From positions 64,133 to 128,132 of the forward strand of contig CAZMCQ010000004.1 of assembly GCA_964565195.1 (NCBI GenBank): a stretch of DNA of 64,000 bases, in the 5' to 3' direction. The DNA is from an uncultured Candidatus Saccharibacteria bacterium (GTDB lineage: Bacteria; Patescibacteriota; Doudnabacteria; UBA920; 2-01-FULL-46-14). Below are positions 20,524 through 30,475 of this stretch, in pieces. The stretch's first letter is position 1. Each line of letters opens with the position of its first letter. The translations under genes were made by a program, and so were the position numbers. The notes beneath the pieces were generated by a model that worked only from the letters and a program-made list of their open reading frames with translations, made no database searches and was not told where the DNA came from.

Positions 20524-21086
20524 AGAAAAATATCGTTACGATCAGCGGCTTTCCGGGCAGTGGGAAATCGAGCACAGCCAAAGGGGTTGCCCGGATTCTT
20601 GGTTATGAGCATTTTTCTTCCGGCGATTTGTTTCGCGAGATGGCGGCCGCTCGCGGACTCACAGTGGAAGGGATCAACTTCGCCGCCGAAAAACAGAGGG
20701 AGATTGATCTCGAAGTTGATGAACTCCTCAAAAAAATAGGGAAAGAGAAAAATAATCTCGTTATTGATTCGCGGATGGCGTTTCACTGGATCCCGGATGC
20801 GTTTAAGGTCTTTCTCGATCTTGACCCGGAAACCGCGGCGCAGAGGACGTTCGCGCACATTCAAAAAGAGGGCCGGGCCAGCCAGGTCGGCTCGTCGCTA
20901 GAAGAGGTTCGGAAGAACACGCTCAAAAGATTCGAGAGCGAGCGAAGACGTTATAAAGCTTTATACAATGTGGACTTTACCGAAAAATCTCAATTTGACC
21001 TGGTTGTGGACACGGTTGCCAACAATCTCGAAGAGGTAATCAAGATAATCGTCGAAGCGTATAAAAAATGGCATGAGTCTCATTAA
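20520..21086 (+). CDS. cmk: cytidylate kinase, archaeal type
   Basis: ISGFPGSGKSS, SSGDLFREMA, IDSRMA, ERRRYKALY. Confidence 0.8.
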   Translation: MKKNIVTISGFPGSGKSSTAKGVARILGYEHFSSGDLFREMAAARGLTVEGINFAAEKQREIDLEVDELLKKIGKEKNNLVIDSRMAFHWIPDAFKVFLDLDPETAAQRTFAHIQKEGRASQVGSSLEEVRKNTLKRFESERRRYKALYNVDFTEKSQFDLVVDTVANNLEEVIKIIVEAYKKWHESH

Positions 21087-21837
21087 AACTTCGGAAGAAA
21101 TCGAAAAGTTGAAAACCGGCGGGCAGATCCTGGCCCGCATTTTGTCGGTGGCGGCCAAGCTGGTTAAACCCGGCATTTCGACTTATTTTTTGGAAGAAGT
21201 TGTCCGCGAGGAAATCAGAAAGGCCGGCGTCGAGGCCGCGTTTCGCGGTTATGGCGGCGGGCGGGGAAGGAAGCCATATCCGGCCGCGCTGTGCACCTCC
21301 GTCAATGATGAGGTGGTGCACTGCGTGCCAAATCGGAAAAGAGTGCTTAAGGAAGGGGATATCATTGGTCTTGACCTTGGGATTAAATATGAAGATTTGT
21401 TTACTGATGCTGCCACTACCGTGTCGGTTGGTAAGATTAGCCGCGCTGCGACGCGGCTAATAAATACAACCCGCGAGGCCCTGGTCGCAGGAATTAAACA
21501 AATCAAAGCCGGCAATTACATTGGTGATATTTCGGCGGCGATCGAGGCCGTCGGCCGGCGCGAGCAGCTCAGCGTCATCCGCGATCTCGTCGGGCACGGC
21601 GTGGGGCATGCGGTGCATGAGGAACCGTCGGTGCCAAACACTGGCAAACCCGGGACCTTGGAACAATTAAAGGTTGGCATGGTGCTCGCCATTGAGCCGA
21701 TGTTCACGCTGGGCGATTATAAGATAAATTTTCTTGACGATGGCTGGTCAGTGGTGACTACTGACGGCTCGCTGGCCGCGCATTTTGAGCATACCGTGGC
21801 AGTGAGAGAAAACGGCAGCATAGTTTTGACGAAATAA
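21073..21837 (+). CDS. map: methionine aminopeptidase type I
   Basis: CTSVNDEVVH, GHGVG, HEEP, AIEPM, AHFEHTV. Confidence 0.97.
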   Translation: MSLIKTSEEIEKLKTGGQILARILSVAAKLVKPGISTYFLEEVVREEIRKAGVEAAFRGYGGGRGRKPYPAALCTSVNDEVVHCVPNRKRVLKEGDIIGLDLGIKYEDLFTDAATTVSVGKISRAATRLINTTREALVAGIKQIKAGNYIGDISAAIEAVGRREQLSVIRDLVGHGVGHAVHEEPSVPNTGKPGTLEQLKVGMVLAIEPMFTLGDYKINFLDDGWSVVTTDGSLAAHFEHTVAVRENGSIVLTK

Positions 21838-21872
21838 AAACCGGGGTCCCTCGGGCAGTCGAGGGACCCTTT
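21836..21872. terminator. bidirectional terminator
   Basis: GGGTCCCTCG/CGAGGGACCC stem between convergent genes. Confidence 0.75.
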
Positions 21873-21882
21873 GAGATTGCAG

Positions 21883-22074
21883 TCATAGTCCAGCAGCCTT
21901 CAGATCCCGGTCGAGTGCTTGCTCTGCTGTCCAGCCAAGGGCCTCGGCGAGTTTTTGAACCTTGTCCCAGGCAATCGGAGTGGGGGTATGATGCGCGTCT
22001 GCGAGCTGCTTGCATTTTGCCTGTATTTCCGGCGGCTGCATACAAAGTTCCGTATGATTGACGTAATGTGGCAT
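21883..22074 (-). CDS. small orphan protein (63 aa)
   Basis: AAGGAGG SD before ATG 22074, TATAAT upstream; MPHYVNHTELC... Confidence 0.6.
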   Translation of the reverse strand: MPHYVNHTELCMQPPEIQAKCKQLADAHHTPTPIAWDKVQKLAEALGWTAEQALDRDLKAAGL

Positions 22075-22167
22075 AGAATACCTCCTTTTCGCTCCTTGCG
22101 ATTCCATTATACTCCCTTTTGTCAAGTTTTGAAGATGTGGATATTTATGATATAATAAAGCGGCATT

Positions 22168-23349
22168 ATGCAACCTCTCGAAACCAAAAATTCCAGCGAA
22201 AAGACCAGCGCCGTTGCTATTATCGGTTTGCTTGCCGGCCTCGCCGGCGGCGTGATAGGTTCGGTTTATGTCGCGCCATGGTACCAGAAGAATATTTTGA
22301 AAGAAGAGCCAGGCGCGGTAGCAAGACAAACAGTCGTTGACGAAGAGTCAGCGATAATCGCGGCCGTGGAAAAAGTAAATCCGGCGGTTGTCTCGATCAT
22401 CATTTCCAAAGATCTGCCCAAACTCGAGCAGTATGCCTCGCCGTTTGGCGATATCTTTTTCTCTGTACCCTCCGGCGAGCTGGAAAAACAGAAAATCGGC
22501 GCCGGTTCAGGATTTATTATTTCCGCGGACGGTATGATCGTTACCAACAAGCACGTCGTCGCCGATCCGCAGGCGGAATACACGGTGATCACCAAAGACG
22601 GGCAAAAATACGATGCCGACATTCTGGCTACTGATCCGGCTAATGATTTGGCCATCGTCAAAATCGCTGCCAACGATTTGCCCTTTGTCAATCTGGGTGA
22701 TTCCGATCAACTCAAACTCGGCCAGCGCGTGATCGCCATCGGCAATGCGCTCGGCGAATTTCAAAATACCGTTACCACTGGCGTGATTTCCGGAATTAAG
22801 CGCGACGTAACAGCGTCGGGCGGAACGCAGACCGAACGGCTTACCGAGGTTATCCAAACCGATGCCGCAATCAATCCGGGCAACTCCGGGGGCCCGCTTC
22901 TGAATTTATCGGGGGAGGTGATCGGGGTGAACACGGCCGTGAGTTCCGAGGCGCAGCTCATCGGGTTTGCGATTCCCGTGGGGCAGCTCAAAAAAGTGAT
23001 TGACGATGTAAAGCAGTTCGGCAAGGTCAGGCGGCCGTTTTTGGGGGTGCGGTATGTCATCATTACTGAAAGCTACGCGCGGCAGAACAATCTCCCTGTC
23101 AATTATGGCGTGTTAATAGTCTCCGGCGACGCGCTAAACGAACCCGCAGTGATTCCGGGCAGTCCCGCGGCCAAAGCCGGCATAGCGCGGGGAGATATAA
23201 TTCTCGAACTGGACGGACAAAAGATTACTCCGGAAAATCAACTCGCAGAACAGCTGCGCGGCCGCAACCCGGGTGACCAGGTTACTTTGAAGCTCCTGCG
23301 TAATGGCGAGGAGCGCACGGTCAGTGTAACCCTTGGCGAGGCCGAGTAG
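22168..23349 (+). CDS. htrA: HtrA/DegP family serine protease (trypsin + PDZ)
   Basis: TNKHVV, DLA, INPGNSGGPL; N-terminal TM. Confidence 0.95.
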   Translation: MQPLETKNSSEKTSAVAIIGLLAGLAGGVIGSVYVAPWYQKNILKEEPGAVARQTVVDEESAIIAAVEKVNPAVVSIIISKDLPKLEQYASPFGDIFFSVPSGELEKQKIGAGSGFIISADGMIVTNKHVVADPQAEYTVITKDGQKYDADILATDPANDLAIVKIAANDLPFVNLGDSDQLKLGQRVIAIGNALGEFQNTVTTGVISGIKRDVTASGGTQTERLTEVIQTDAAINPGNSGGPLLNLSGEVIGVNTAVSSEAQLIGFAIPVGQLKKVIDDVKQFGKVRRPFLGVRYVIITESYARQNNLPVNYGVLIVSGDALNEPAVIPGSPAAKAGIARGDIILELDGQKITPENQLAEQLRGRNPGDQVTLKLLRNGEERTVSVTLGEAE

Positions 23350-23351
23350 AG

Positions 23352-23720
23352 ATGACCAAAATTTTAGCTCTCGATTATGGGACCAAGCGTATCGGCGTGG
23401 CCATATCTGATGAAACAAAAACCATTGCGGTTCCGAAGCCGTATATCAAAGCAGAAGAAAAAGGTAGAATACTGGAATTGATAAAAGACCAGGAGGTGGA
23501 CGAAATTTTGTTGGGTTTGCCAAAAGCCCTGAAAGGAACGGAGACTATCATGACCCGCGAAGTTCGGAGCTTTGGCGAATGGCTCGAACAAGAAACTAAA
23601 TTGCCGGTTCGATTGATTGATGAACGCTATAGCACGAAAGGGGCGGAAAGGATAACGAAAGACAGAGAGTTAATAGATAGTTTAGTAGCACAAAAAATTT
23701 TAGAAAATTATTTAGAATAA
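23352..23720 (+). CDS. ruvX: YqgF/RuvX family nuclease
   Basis: LALDYGTKRIGVAISD, GLP, DERYST. Confidence 0.93.
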   Translation: MTKILALDYGTKRIGVAISDETKTIAVPKPYIKAEEKGRILELIKDQEVDEILLGLPKALKGTETIMTREVRSFGEWLEQETKLPVRLIDERYSTKGAERITKDRELIDSLVAQKILENYLE

Positions 23721-23739
23721 TTAGGTTAATTAGAAATTT

Positions 23740-24255
23740 GTGTTTCGCGTCATTCATCCTAACCGCTGGTTTTTTTACGTTATTGCTTTTCTCGCCGCGA
23801 CGGCTTTGGTCCTGGAAATTTTTATCCTTAAAACCGTCAGTGATCTGGAAAGAACCTCGGATGAACTCGCGCATTCGGAAGTTTTTTGGAAAACATTCCG
23901 CTCCCAGGATTTAGGATTTTCTTTGCGTTATCCGCCCGGTTGGCAGATCGAGCTGGATCGCCTTGAGCCGCGGAGCGTAACTTTGGAGAATCCGCAGAAT
24001 TTCGGGGAGAATATTTCCATTTCAATGACGACGCCAAAGTATGAGGCCATCATCCGAAGTTCTCTCAAAGTTTTTTCAGAGGAAAAGGCGACAGTCGGCG
24101 GCCTGCCGGCTGCTTGGCTCAAGGGCGATCCCCGGGACAGGGCCACGAACAATGTAATTCTGATTCACAAAGACGCCGAGCTTTATTATATTGCCGGTTC
24201 GTCTCCGGTTTTTGACAAGATTATCGAGAGTTTTAAATTTTTACCCGCCAAATGA
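23740..24255 (+). CDS. membrane-anchored PsbP-like hypothetical protein
   Basis: TM then WKTF..LGFSLRYP..W; ends IIESFKF. Confidence 0.65.
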   Translation: MFRVIHPNRWFFYVIAFLAATALVLEIFILKTVSDLERTSDELAHSEVFWKTFRSQDLGFSLRYPPGWQIELDRLEPRSVTLENPQNFGENISISMTTPKYEAIIRSSLKVFSEEKATVGGLPAAWLKGDPRDRATNNVILIHKDAELYYIAGSSPVFDKIIESFKFLPAK

Positions 24256-25247
24256 GCGAGTTTCGCCAGGATATTGTCAATAAAAACTGGGTTTTGATTG
24301 CCGAGGGACGGGGGTCGCGGCCGGATGATTTTAAAAAAAATCAGGCCACGCCGCCCGATTTACCGGAGCGCGAGTTAACCTGCGAATTTTGTCCGGGAAA
24401 TGAACGCTTGACACCGGTTGAGATTGGGCGCTACCCAAAGCAGGGCGAGTGGCAGATTCGTGTAGTACCGAACAAATATGAGGCCGTGGGGCACGCCTTG
24501 GGGAGGGAGTATGAGGAGTTCTATACCAGCCGGCCGGGCAGCGGGGATCATGAGGTCGTGATCAATCGTGAGCATAATAAATATCTGGCCCTGCAGGATA
24601 TCGCCATGATTGATTTAACCCTCCGGGTCTATATTGACCGGATCAATGAACTAAAAAAGCACGAAGAGATACATTATGTGCACATTATCCAAAATCATGG
24701 GCGCCAGGCCGGGGCATCAATCATGCATCCGCACTCCCAGATCCTCGCCATCCCGTTTTTACCGGACCGGCTGCAGGATGAACTTTTGGGCACGCGCCGG
24801 TACTGGAGTGCGCACGGCGAGTGCGTTTTTTGCCAGATGATTGCCTATGAATTGGCACAGGATGAGCGGATCGTGATCGATACCCCCTATTTTCTGGTGC
24901 TTGCGCCGTATGCCTCGAAGATGCCGTTTGAGATGCACATTTTGCCGAAAACCCACCGGTCGTCATTTCAGGACATTCCGGCAGCCGAGCGGCAGGCCCT
25001 GGCCGAGGTGATGAAAGCCGTGTTCTCGCGGCTCAACAACCGCATGCTGAACCCGGCCTATAATTATTATTTTCATACCCTGCCATTCGGAGAGAAGATC
25101 GCAAGTAAATCGTTTGATGACCGGCAGTCTTACCACTGGCACATCGTCATTTTGCCGCGCGTCAATATCTGGGCCGGTTTCGAGCTCGGCACGGAAGTTT
25201 ACGTCAACCCCATGCCGCCGGAGAGGGCCGCGAAATTTTTCCACTGA
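24252..25247 (+). CDS. galT: galactose-1-phosphate uridylyltransferase family
   Basis: CEFCPGNE, RVVPNKY, HPHSQ, AGFELG. Confidence 0.9.
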   Translation: MSEFRQDIVNKNWVLIAEGRGSRPDDFKKNQATPPDLPERELTCEFCPGNERLTPVEIGRYPKQGEWQIRVVPNKYEAVGHALGREYEEFYTSRPGSGDHEVVINREHNKYLALQDIAMIDLTLRVYIDRINELKKHEEIHYVHIIQNHGRQAGASIMHPHSQILAIPFLPDRLQDELLGTRRYWSAHGECVFCQMIAYELAQDERIVIDTPYFLVLAPYASKMPFEMHILPKTHRSSFQDIPAAERQALAEVMKAVFSRLNNRMLNPAYNYYFHTLPFGEKIASKSFDDRQSYHWHIVILPRVNIWAGFELGTEVYVNPMPPERAAKFFH

Positions 25248-25254
25248 TACTACG

Positions 25255-25962
25255 ATGAATATTGTTATCGGTAACTGGAAAATGAATCCCGCAACCGTAG
25301 CCGAGGCGAAGAAGCTGGCGGCGAGCGTTGAAAACGGACTGATGGGCGTGGACAAGGGCCGGGTCCGAGTGGTAATTTGTCCGCCGTTCGTGTTTTTACC
25401 GGCCTTGAAACACTCTCTGCATTTCGCCGCCCTTGGGGCGCAGGATGTGGCGCACGAGGAAGAGGGCGCTTTCACCGGTGAAGTTTCAGCCGCGCAGTTA
25501 AAAGAATTCGGCGTCAAGTATGTTATCATTGGCCATTCCGAGCGACGCGCTTTGGGGGAAAGCAATGAACTTATTGCCAAGAAATTAAATATCGCCTTTG
25601 TTCATAAATTGAATATAATCCTCTGTGTCGGTTTTGGCGCGCACAAAGGAGCATCGGCCGAGGAAGTGCGGGCTATTTTGCAAAAGCAACTTGCCGCAAT
25701 CCCACAAGGCGTGGAATTAATCGTTGCCTATGAGCCGGTCTGGGCGATCGGCACAGGCCAGCCGGCGGCAGCCGCGCATGCCAGAGAAATGCTACAATTC
25801 ATAGAGAGCGTAGTGCCGGGCGCGCAGCCCATCTACGGCGGCAGTGTGGACAGGCATAACGCCCGCGAATTTGCCGGAGTCGGTGTTTCCGGAGCCCTGG
25901 TCGGCGGGGCCAGTCTCAAGAGTGATGATTTTTTGGAGATAATTAAAGCGTTTGCTGCATGA
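25255..25962 (+). CDS. tpiA: triosephosphate isomerase
   Basis: GNWKMN, GHSERR, AYEPVWAIGTG, YGGSV. Confidence 0.96.
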   Translation: MNIVIGNWKMNPATVAEAKKLAASVENGLMGVDKGRVRVVICPPFVFLPALKHSLHFAALGAQDVAHEEEGAFTGEVSAAQLKEFGVKYVIIGHSERRALGESNELIAKKLNIAFVHKLNIILCVGFGAHKGASAEEVRAILQKQLAAIPQGVELIVAYEPVWAIGTGQPAAAAHAREMLQFIESVVPGAQPIYGGSVDRHNAREFAGVGVSGALVGGASLKSDDFLEIIKAFAA

Positions 25963-26405
25963 TTTACATTGGCGCGGATCACCGCGGGTTTAAACTCAAA
26001 GAAGCCATAAAAAAGTGGTTTGGCGAGCAAAATATCAATTTTGAAGACTTGGGAGCAAAAGAACTCGACCCCAATGATGATTATCCGATTATTGCGAAGG
26101 CTGTCGCGGAAAAAGTAATTGCCAATGTCGAAAATCGTGGGATTCTCATCTGCGGCTCCGGCGCCGGCGTTTGCATCGTGGCGAACAAGATCAAAGGCAT
26201 CCGCGCGGCCGAGGCCTGGAACCCGGAAATTGCCAAAGCCGCCCGCAACGATGACAATGCGAACGTGCTTTGCCTTTCCGCCGGCGCCCTTTCCCTGGAA
26301 GAGGTTAAATCGATTGCGCGAATTTTTCTGGATACTTCCTTTGGCGGCGCGGAGCGGTACAAACGCCGTCTCCAGCAGATCGAAGATATCGAAAGCGAAA
26401 AATAA
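25959..26405 (+). CDS. rpiB: ribose-5-phosphate isomerase B
   Basis: GADHRG, DDYP, CGSGAG, ANK, NANVL. Confidence 0.93.
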   Translation: MIYIGADHRGFKLKEAIKKWFGEQNINFEDLGAKELDPNDDYPIIAKAVAEKVIANVENRGILICGSGAGVCIVANKIKGIRAAEAWNPEIAKAARNDDNANVLCLSAGALSLEEVKSIARIFLDTSFGGAERYKRRLQQIEDIESEK

Positions 26406-26407
26406 AA

Positions 26408-27058
26408 ATGGCCATTTTGGTTCCGTCAATTTTGTCGAAAGATCCAGAGGAGATCCGCGGGCGCCTCGAGTTTTTGGAAACTATTCCCGAGGTGCGGGCG
26501 GTACAGCTGGATTTCGCGGACGGAAAATTTGTGCCCAATAGTTTACCCGCGCCGCGCGAAATTGGCGAGCTCGAAACGAAACTGGAGCTTGAGGCACACC
26601 TCATGGTGATGGAGCCGCAGCGCTATCTGCATGACCTGGAAGCCTTGGGAGTAAAAACGGCGTTCATTCATTATGAGAGTTTTTACACGCATGAGGCCCT
26701 GCAGAACACTCTGGAAAATGCCCGCCAAATGGGTTTGCTTGTGGGGCTCGCGATCAATCCACAAACCGATATTTATATTTTTGATTATTTTGACCAATAT
26801 GTGGACGAAGCTCTGCTCATGGGAGTTAATCCGGGTTTTCAGGGGCAGGCCTTTATTCCGGAAACACTTGCCCGGGCACACAATTTAGAAAAAAAACACG
26901 GCCATGTCATAATCGAAGTGGATGGCGGCGTGAAGCTCGAGAATGTGGAGGCCATCGTGGCGCATGGCGCGGATAAAGTCAACGTCGGCTCGGGCATCTG
27001 GCAATCTCCGGATCCCAAAGCGACCATCTATAAATTTCTCGAGAAATTAAAAAAATAA
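26408..27058 (+). CDS. rpe: ribulose-phosphate 3-epimerase
   Basis: PSIL, DGKFVPN, HLMV, NPGFQGQ, EVDGG. Confidence 0.93.
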   Translation: MAILVPSILSKDPEEIRGRLEFLETIPEVRAVQLDFADGKFVPNSLPAPREIGELETKLELEAHLMVMEPQRYLHDLEALGVKTAFIHYESFYTHEALQNTLENARQMGLLVGLAINPQTDIYIFDYFDQYVDEALLMGVNPGFQGQAFIPETLARAHNLEKKHGHVIIEVDGGVKLENVEAIVAHGADKVNVGSGIWQSPDPKATIYKFLEKLKK

Positions 27059-27059
27059 T

Positions 27060-27929
27060 ATGGGCGGCAGCGAAATAACCGAAACAAAGATTAACAGCCT
27101 GCAAAAGATCGCCAACCAAATCCGGCAGGATATTATTAAAGCTCTGGTGAATGCTGGCTCGGGCCACTCGGCCGGGCCACTCGGCATGGCCGATGTCTTT
27201 ACGGTTCTGTATTTTCATATCCTAAATATCCGTCCGAAACAGCCGCGCTGGGCGGAGCGCGACCGGTTTGTGCTTTCCAATGGCCATATCAATCCGGTCT
27301 GGTATGCGACACTGGCGCGGCGCGGATTTTTTCCGACGGGTGAATTTATAAAGAAACTTCGAAAGCTTGGCAGCCGGTTTCCCGGTCACCCGCACAACCT
27401 TACCACGCCGGGCGTGGAAAATTCTGGCGGGCCCTTGGGCCAAGGGCTGTCGCAGGCCATCGGCATGGCGCTGGCCGCGAAACTGGACAAGAAAAAATAT
27501 CAAGTCTATTGCGTGATGTCAGATGGAGAGCTGCAAGAGGGACAAAACTGGGAGGCGCTGATGTTTGCCGGGGCGCGCAAACTCGACAACCTCACCGCCA
27601 TTGTTGATAGAAACAATATTCAGATTGATGGCTTTACGGAGAATGTCGTGCCGCTCGAACCGCTGCGCGCAAAATTGGAGGCCTTTAACTGGCACGTGAT
27701 TGAGATTGACGGACACAATATCAGGCAGATCGTGGAGGCCTGTCGGCAGGCCGTCGCCGTTTACGAAAAGCCGGTGGCGATCCTCGCGCATACGATCCCG
27801 GGCCGCGGCGTGGATTTTATGGAGAGCGATTATCACTGGCACGGCGTGCCGCCAAACAAGGAGCAGGCCAGAGAAGCCCTTGCCGAACTTCGCACCTTGC
27901 ATGGTAGAATTAAGTCGGAACACGAATGA
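27060..27929 (+). CDS. transketolase N-terminal subunit
   Basis: GSGH, RDRFVLSNGH, GPLGQG, SDGELQEG TPP motif. Confidence 0.93.
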   Translation: MGGSEITETKINSLQKIANQIRQDIIKALVNAGSGHSAGPLGMADVFTVLYFHILNIRPKQPRWAERDRFVLSNGHINPVWYATLARRGFFPTGEFIKKLRKLGSRFPGHPHNLTTPGVENSGGPLGQGLSQAIGMALAAKLDKKKYQVYCVMSDGELQEGQNWEALMFAGARKLDNLTAIVDRNNIQIDGFTENVVPLEPLRAKLEAFNWHVIEIDGHNIRQIVEACRQAVAVYEKPVAILAHTIPGRGVDFMESDYHWHGVPPNKEQAREALAELRTLHGRIKSEHE

Positions 27930-27945
27930 AAGGGGGTGATAAATA

Positions 27946-28158
27946 GTGGCAAATATGAATCCGCAGAATTTGGCTAATTGGAGCGTGGGTTTGGGTTTTT
28001 TGGGCGTGTTGCTTTACATCATCGCCTTTGTGCTGCTGTGGCAGGGCGGCGGGAACATGCTTCTTGGCCGGTTTGACCAGAAGGACCTTTACTTTGCCGG
28101 CAGCGGCCTGTTATATATCGCGATCTGGATGAAACTGGGCGCGATTTATCACAAATAA
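27946..28158 (+). CDS. small two-TM membrane protein
   Basis: 70 aa with two hydrophobic segments, between transketolase halves. Confidence 0.65.
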   Translation: MANMNPQNLANWSVGLGFLGVLLYIIAFVLLWQGGGNMLLGRFDQKDLYFAGSGLLYIAIWMKLGAIYHK

Positions 28159-28213
28159 TAAAGTATGATGAGTGTGCACGAAACCATTTTGGGAGGCATT
28201 GTTGTTGTCGTCA

Positions 28214-29206
28214 ATGATTAATCCAAAAGCAAAACTTTCAAAAAAAATATTCAAGCCTGACATCGAGATGGCGGCGGCGAGGGATGGGTATGGCAAGGGA
28301 CTCCTTTACCTTGGCGAGCACAATCCTGATGTGGTCGTCTTGTCCGGCGACCTGACCGAATCCACGCGCGCGCATTGGTTTGCCGAGAAATTCCCGGAGC
28401 GGTTCATCCAGGTCGGCGTGGCGGAACAGAATATGATGGGGATTGCCGCGGGACTGGGACTCTCCGGCAAGATTGCCTTTGTTTCGTCTTACGCAACATT
28501 TAATCCCGGGAGGAACTGGGATCAGTTTCGGGTCTCGGTTTGTTATTCGCAGGCCAATGTGAAGGTTGCGGGCGCGCACGCCGGCATTTCCGTGGGGCCA
28601 GACGGCGCGACCCATCAGGGGCTGGAAGATATCGCCATCACGCGTGTGCTTCCCGGCCTGGTTGTGGTCGTTCCGTGTGATGCCATTGAAACGCAAAAAG
28701 CCACGATCGCGCTGGCGCAGGATATCAAAGGGCCGGCCTATATCCGATTCGGCCGCGAGAAGACGCCGGTGTTCACCACAGAAGAAACACCGTTCAAGAT
28801 CGGCCGCGCGGAAGTATTCCGGCAGGGTTCGGCTGTTGCGATTATTGGCAGCGGATTTCTCGTTCATAATGCACTCCTTGCTGCGGAAGACTTAGCCAAA
28901 CAAGGCATTGAATGCATGGTAATCAATAATCACACAATCAAACCGATTGACCGCAGAACCATCGTCGCGGCCGCTGAAACATGCGGGGCTGTGGTCACAG
29001 TCGAGGAGCATCAGATCAACGGTGGAGCCGGCAGCGCGGTGATGGAAGTTCTGGCCGAGGAATACCCGGTGCCAGTCGAGCGGGTTGGTATGCCGGACAC
29101 TTTCGGCCAGTCTGGTTCGGCCTTTGAATTGGTGGAATATTATGGCATGGGCCAGGATGCGATAATAAAAGCTGTGAAAAAGGTATTGAAGAGAAAAAGC
29201 CATTAA
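28214..29206 (+). CDS. transketolase C-terminal subunit
   Basis: GVAEQNM, GPDGATHQ, YIRFGR, EEH. Confidence 0.93.
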   Translation: MINPKAKLSKKIFKPDIEMAAARDGYGKGLLYLGEHNPDVVVLSGDLTESTRAHWFAEKFPERFIQVGVAEQNMMGIAAGLGLSGKIAFVSSYATFNPGRNWDQFRVSVCYSQANVKVAGAHAGISVGPDGATHQGLEDIAITRVLPGLVVVVPCDAIETQKATIALAQDIKGPAYIRFGREKTPVFTTEETPFKIGRAEVFRQGSAVAIIGSGFLVHNALLAAEDLAKQGIECMVINNHTIKPIDRRTIVAAAETCGAVVTVEEHQINGGAGSAVMEVLAEEYPVPVERVGMPDTFGQSGSAFELVEYYGMGQDAIIKAVKKVLKRKSH

Positions 29207-29278
29207 ATTTCTAATGACTAAATTGGGAAATTGGGATTTGTTTAGAATAATTAGAGCAATTAGGTCAATTAGAAATTT
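29205..29278. repeat. AATTAG-unit periodic array with terminal inverted repeat
   Basis: AAATTTCTAATGAC...GTCAATTAGAAATTT; related copies at 23711 and 30442. Confidence 0.65.
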
Positions 29279-29301
29279 CTTTCATTTATGTTATAATAAA
29301 G

Positions 29302-29442
29302 ATGGTTCATTTTGACCTTGAGACCGAACTGAAACCAAAACCAGACAACGCGCAGGCGCGCCGCCATCGGGAAATCATCCTTTTTTGGCAGGTCGCCTTC
29401 GCTGTGGCCGTGATTTTGTTATTAATTTTTGCCTTGAGTTAG
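29302..29442 (+). CDS. small tail-anchored membrane protein (46 aa, not in track)
   Basis: MVHFDLETELKPKPDNAQARRHREIILFWQVAFAVAVILLLIFALS; TGTTATAAT just upstream. Confidence 0.55.
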   Translation: MVHFDLETELKPKPDNAQARRHREIILFWQVAFAVAVILLLIFALS

Positions 29443-29444
29443 AA

Positions 29445-30437
29445 ATGTCAAAGCCGGAATTAGTTTCCATCGGCGATACTACTACGGACGCGTTCATTCG
29501 TCTGCATGACGCATCCGTGCACTGCGACTTAAATCACAAAAATTGCCAGCTCTGCGTCTCCTTCGCTGACAAGGTGCCTTATGAGGACCTGACCGTGGTT
29601 CCGGGCGTGGGCAATTCGGCTAATGTCGCTGTGGGCGCGGCGCGGCTCGGCCACAAGGCACGGTTTATGAGCGCGGTCGGGGACGACCACTATGGCCGCG
29701 AGATTATCGCCCTATTTAGAAAAGAAAAAGTTGATCCGGCTCTGGTCAAAACCAACCGCGGCGCGCCGACGAATTATCATTTTGTCTTGAATTACAGAGG
29801 AGAACGCACGATCCTTATCAAGCACAACCAATACAGATACTACGATGTCAATCGCATCGGCAATCCGGAGTGGCTGTTTTTCTCTTCCACCGGCGAGCAT
29901 ATGCTGCCCTTTCATCACCGACTCGCGCGCTACCTTACAAAACGTCCGAGAATAAAACTGGGTTTTAATCCAGGCACTTTTCAGATGAAGATGGGACGAA
30001 AAAAATTAGCCGGAATTTACCGGCAAACTCATGTGCTGTTTGTAAATCGCGAAGAAGCGGCGCGCGTTTTGGACGCGAAAATCTCTGCTATTAAAAAACT
30101 GATGCGCGGCTTGCACAAACTGGGGCCGAAAATTGTCTGCATTACGGATGGCCCGGACGGGGCATATGCGTCAGAGGACGATACAGTTTATTTTATGCCC
30201 ATCTATCCTGACCCCGCGCCGCCCTTTGAGCGCACCGGCGCGGGCGATGCGTTTTCTTCGGGCTTTATGAGCGCCCTGATGTATGATTTGCCGGTCGCGG
30301 AGGCCATGCGCTGGGCGCCGATTAACTCAATGAATGTGGTGCAATATGTGGGAGCGAGGGAAGGATTGTTAACAAAAAATAAGTTATTGTCCTTATTGAA
30401 ACGCGCGCCGAAAAATTATCGTCCTCGTTTAATTTAG
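29445..30437 (+). CDS. PfkB family carbohydrate kinase
   Basis: GNSANVAVGAARLG, FNPG, RTGAGDAF. Confidence 0.9.
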   Translation: MSKPELVSIGDTTTDAFIRLHDASVHCDLNHKNCQLCVSFADKVPYEDLTVVPGVGNSANVAVGAARLGHKARFMSAVGDDHYGREIIALFRKEKVDPALVKTNRGAPTNYHFVLNYRGERTILIKHNQYRYYDVNRIGNPEWLFFSSTGEHMLPFHHRLARYLTKRPRIKLGFNPGTFQMKMGRKKLAGIYRQTHVLFVNREEAARVLDAKISAIKKLMRGLHKLGPKIVCITDGPDGAYASEDDTVYFMPIYPDPAPPFERTGAGDAFSSGFMSALMYDLPVAEAMRWAPINSMNVVQYVGAREGLLTKNKLLSLLKRAPKNYRPRLI

Positions 30438-30475
30438 ACTGCAAATTACTAATTACTAATTTCTAACAAAAATTT

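Noticed and set aside
22106-22125. Minus-strand TTGACA-N8-TATAAT as a novel promoter geometry
   Set aside because: An alternative -35 (TTCAAA) at 16 nt explains it; single instance
28165-28221. 18-codon ORF before the transketolase C subunit
   Set aside because: Too short, no supporting signals
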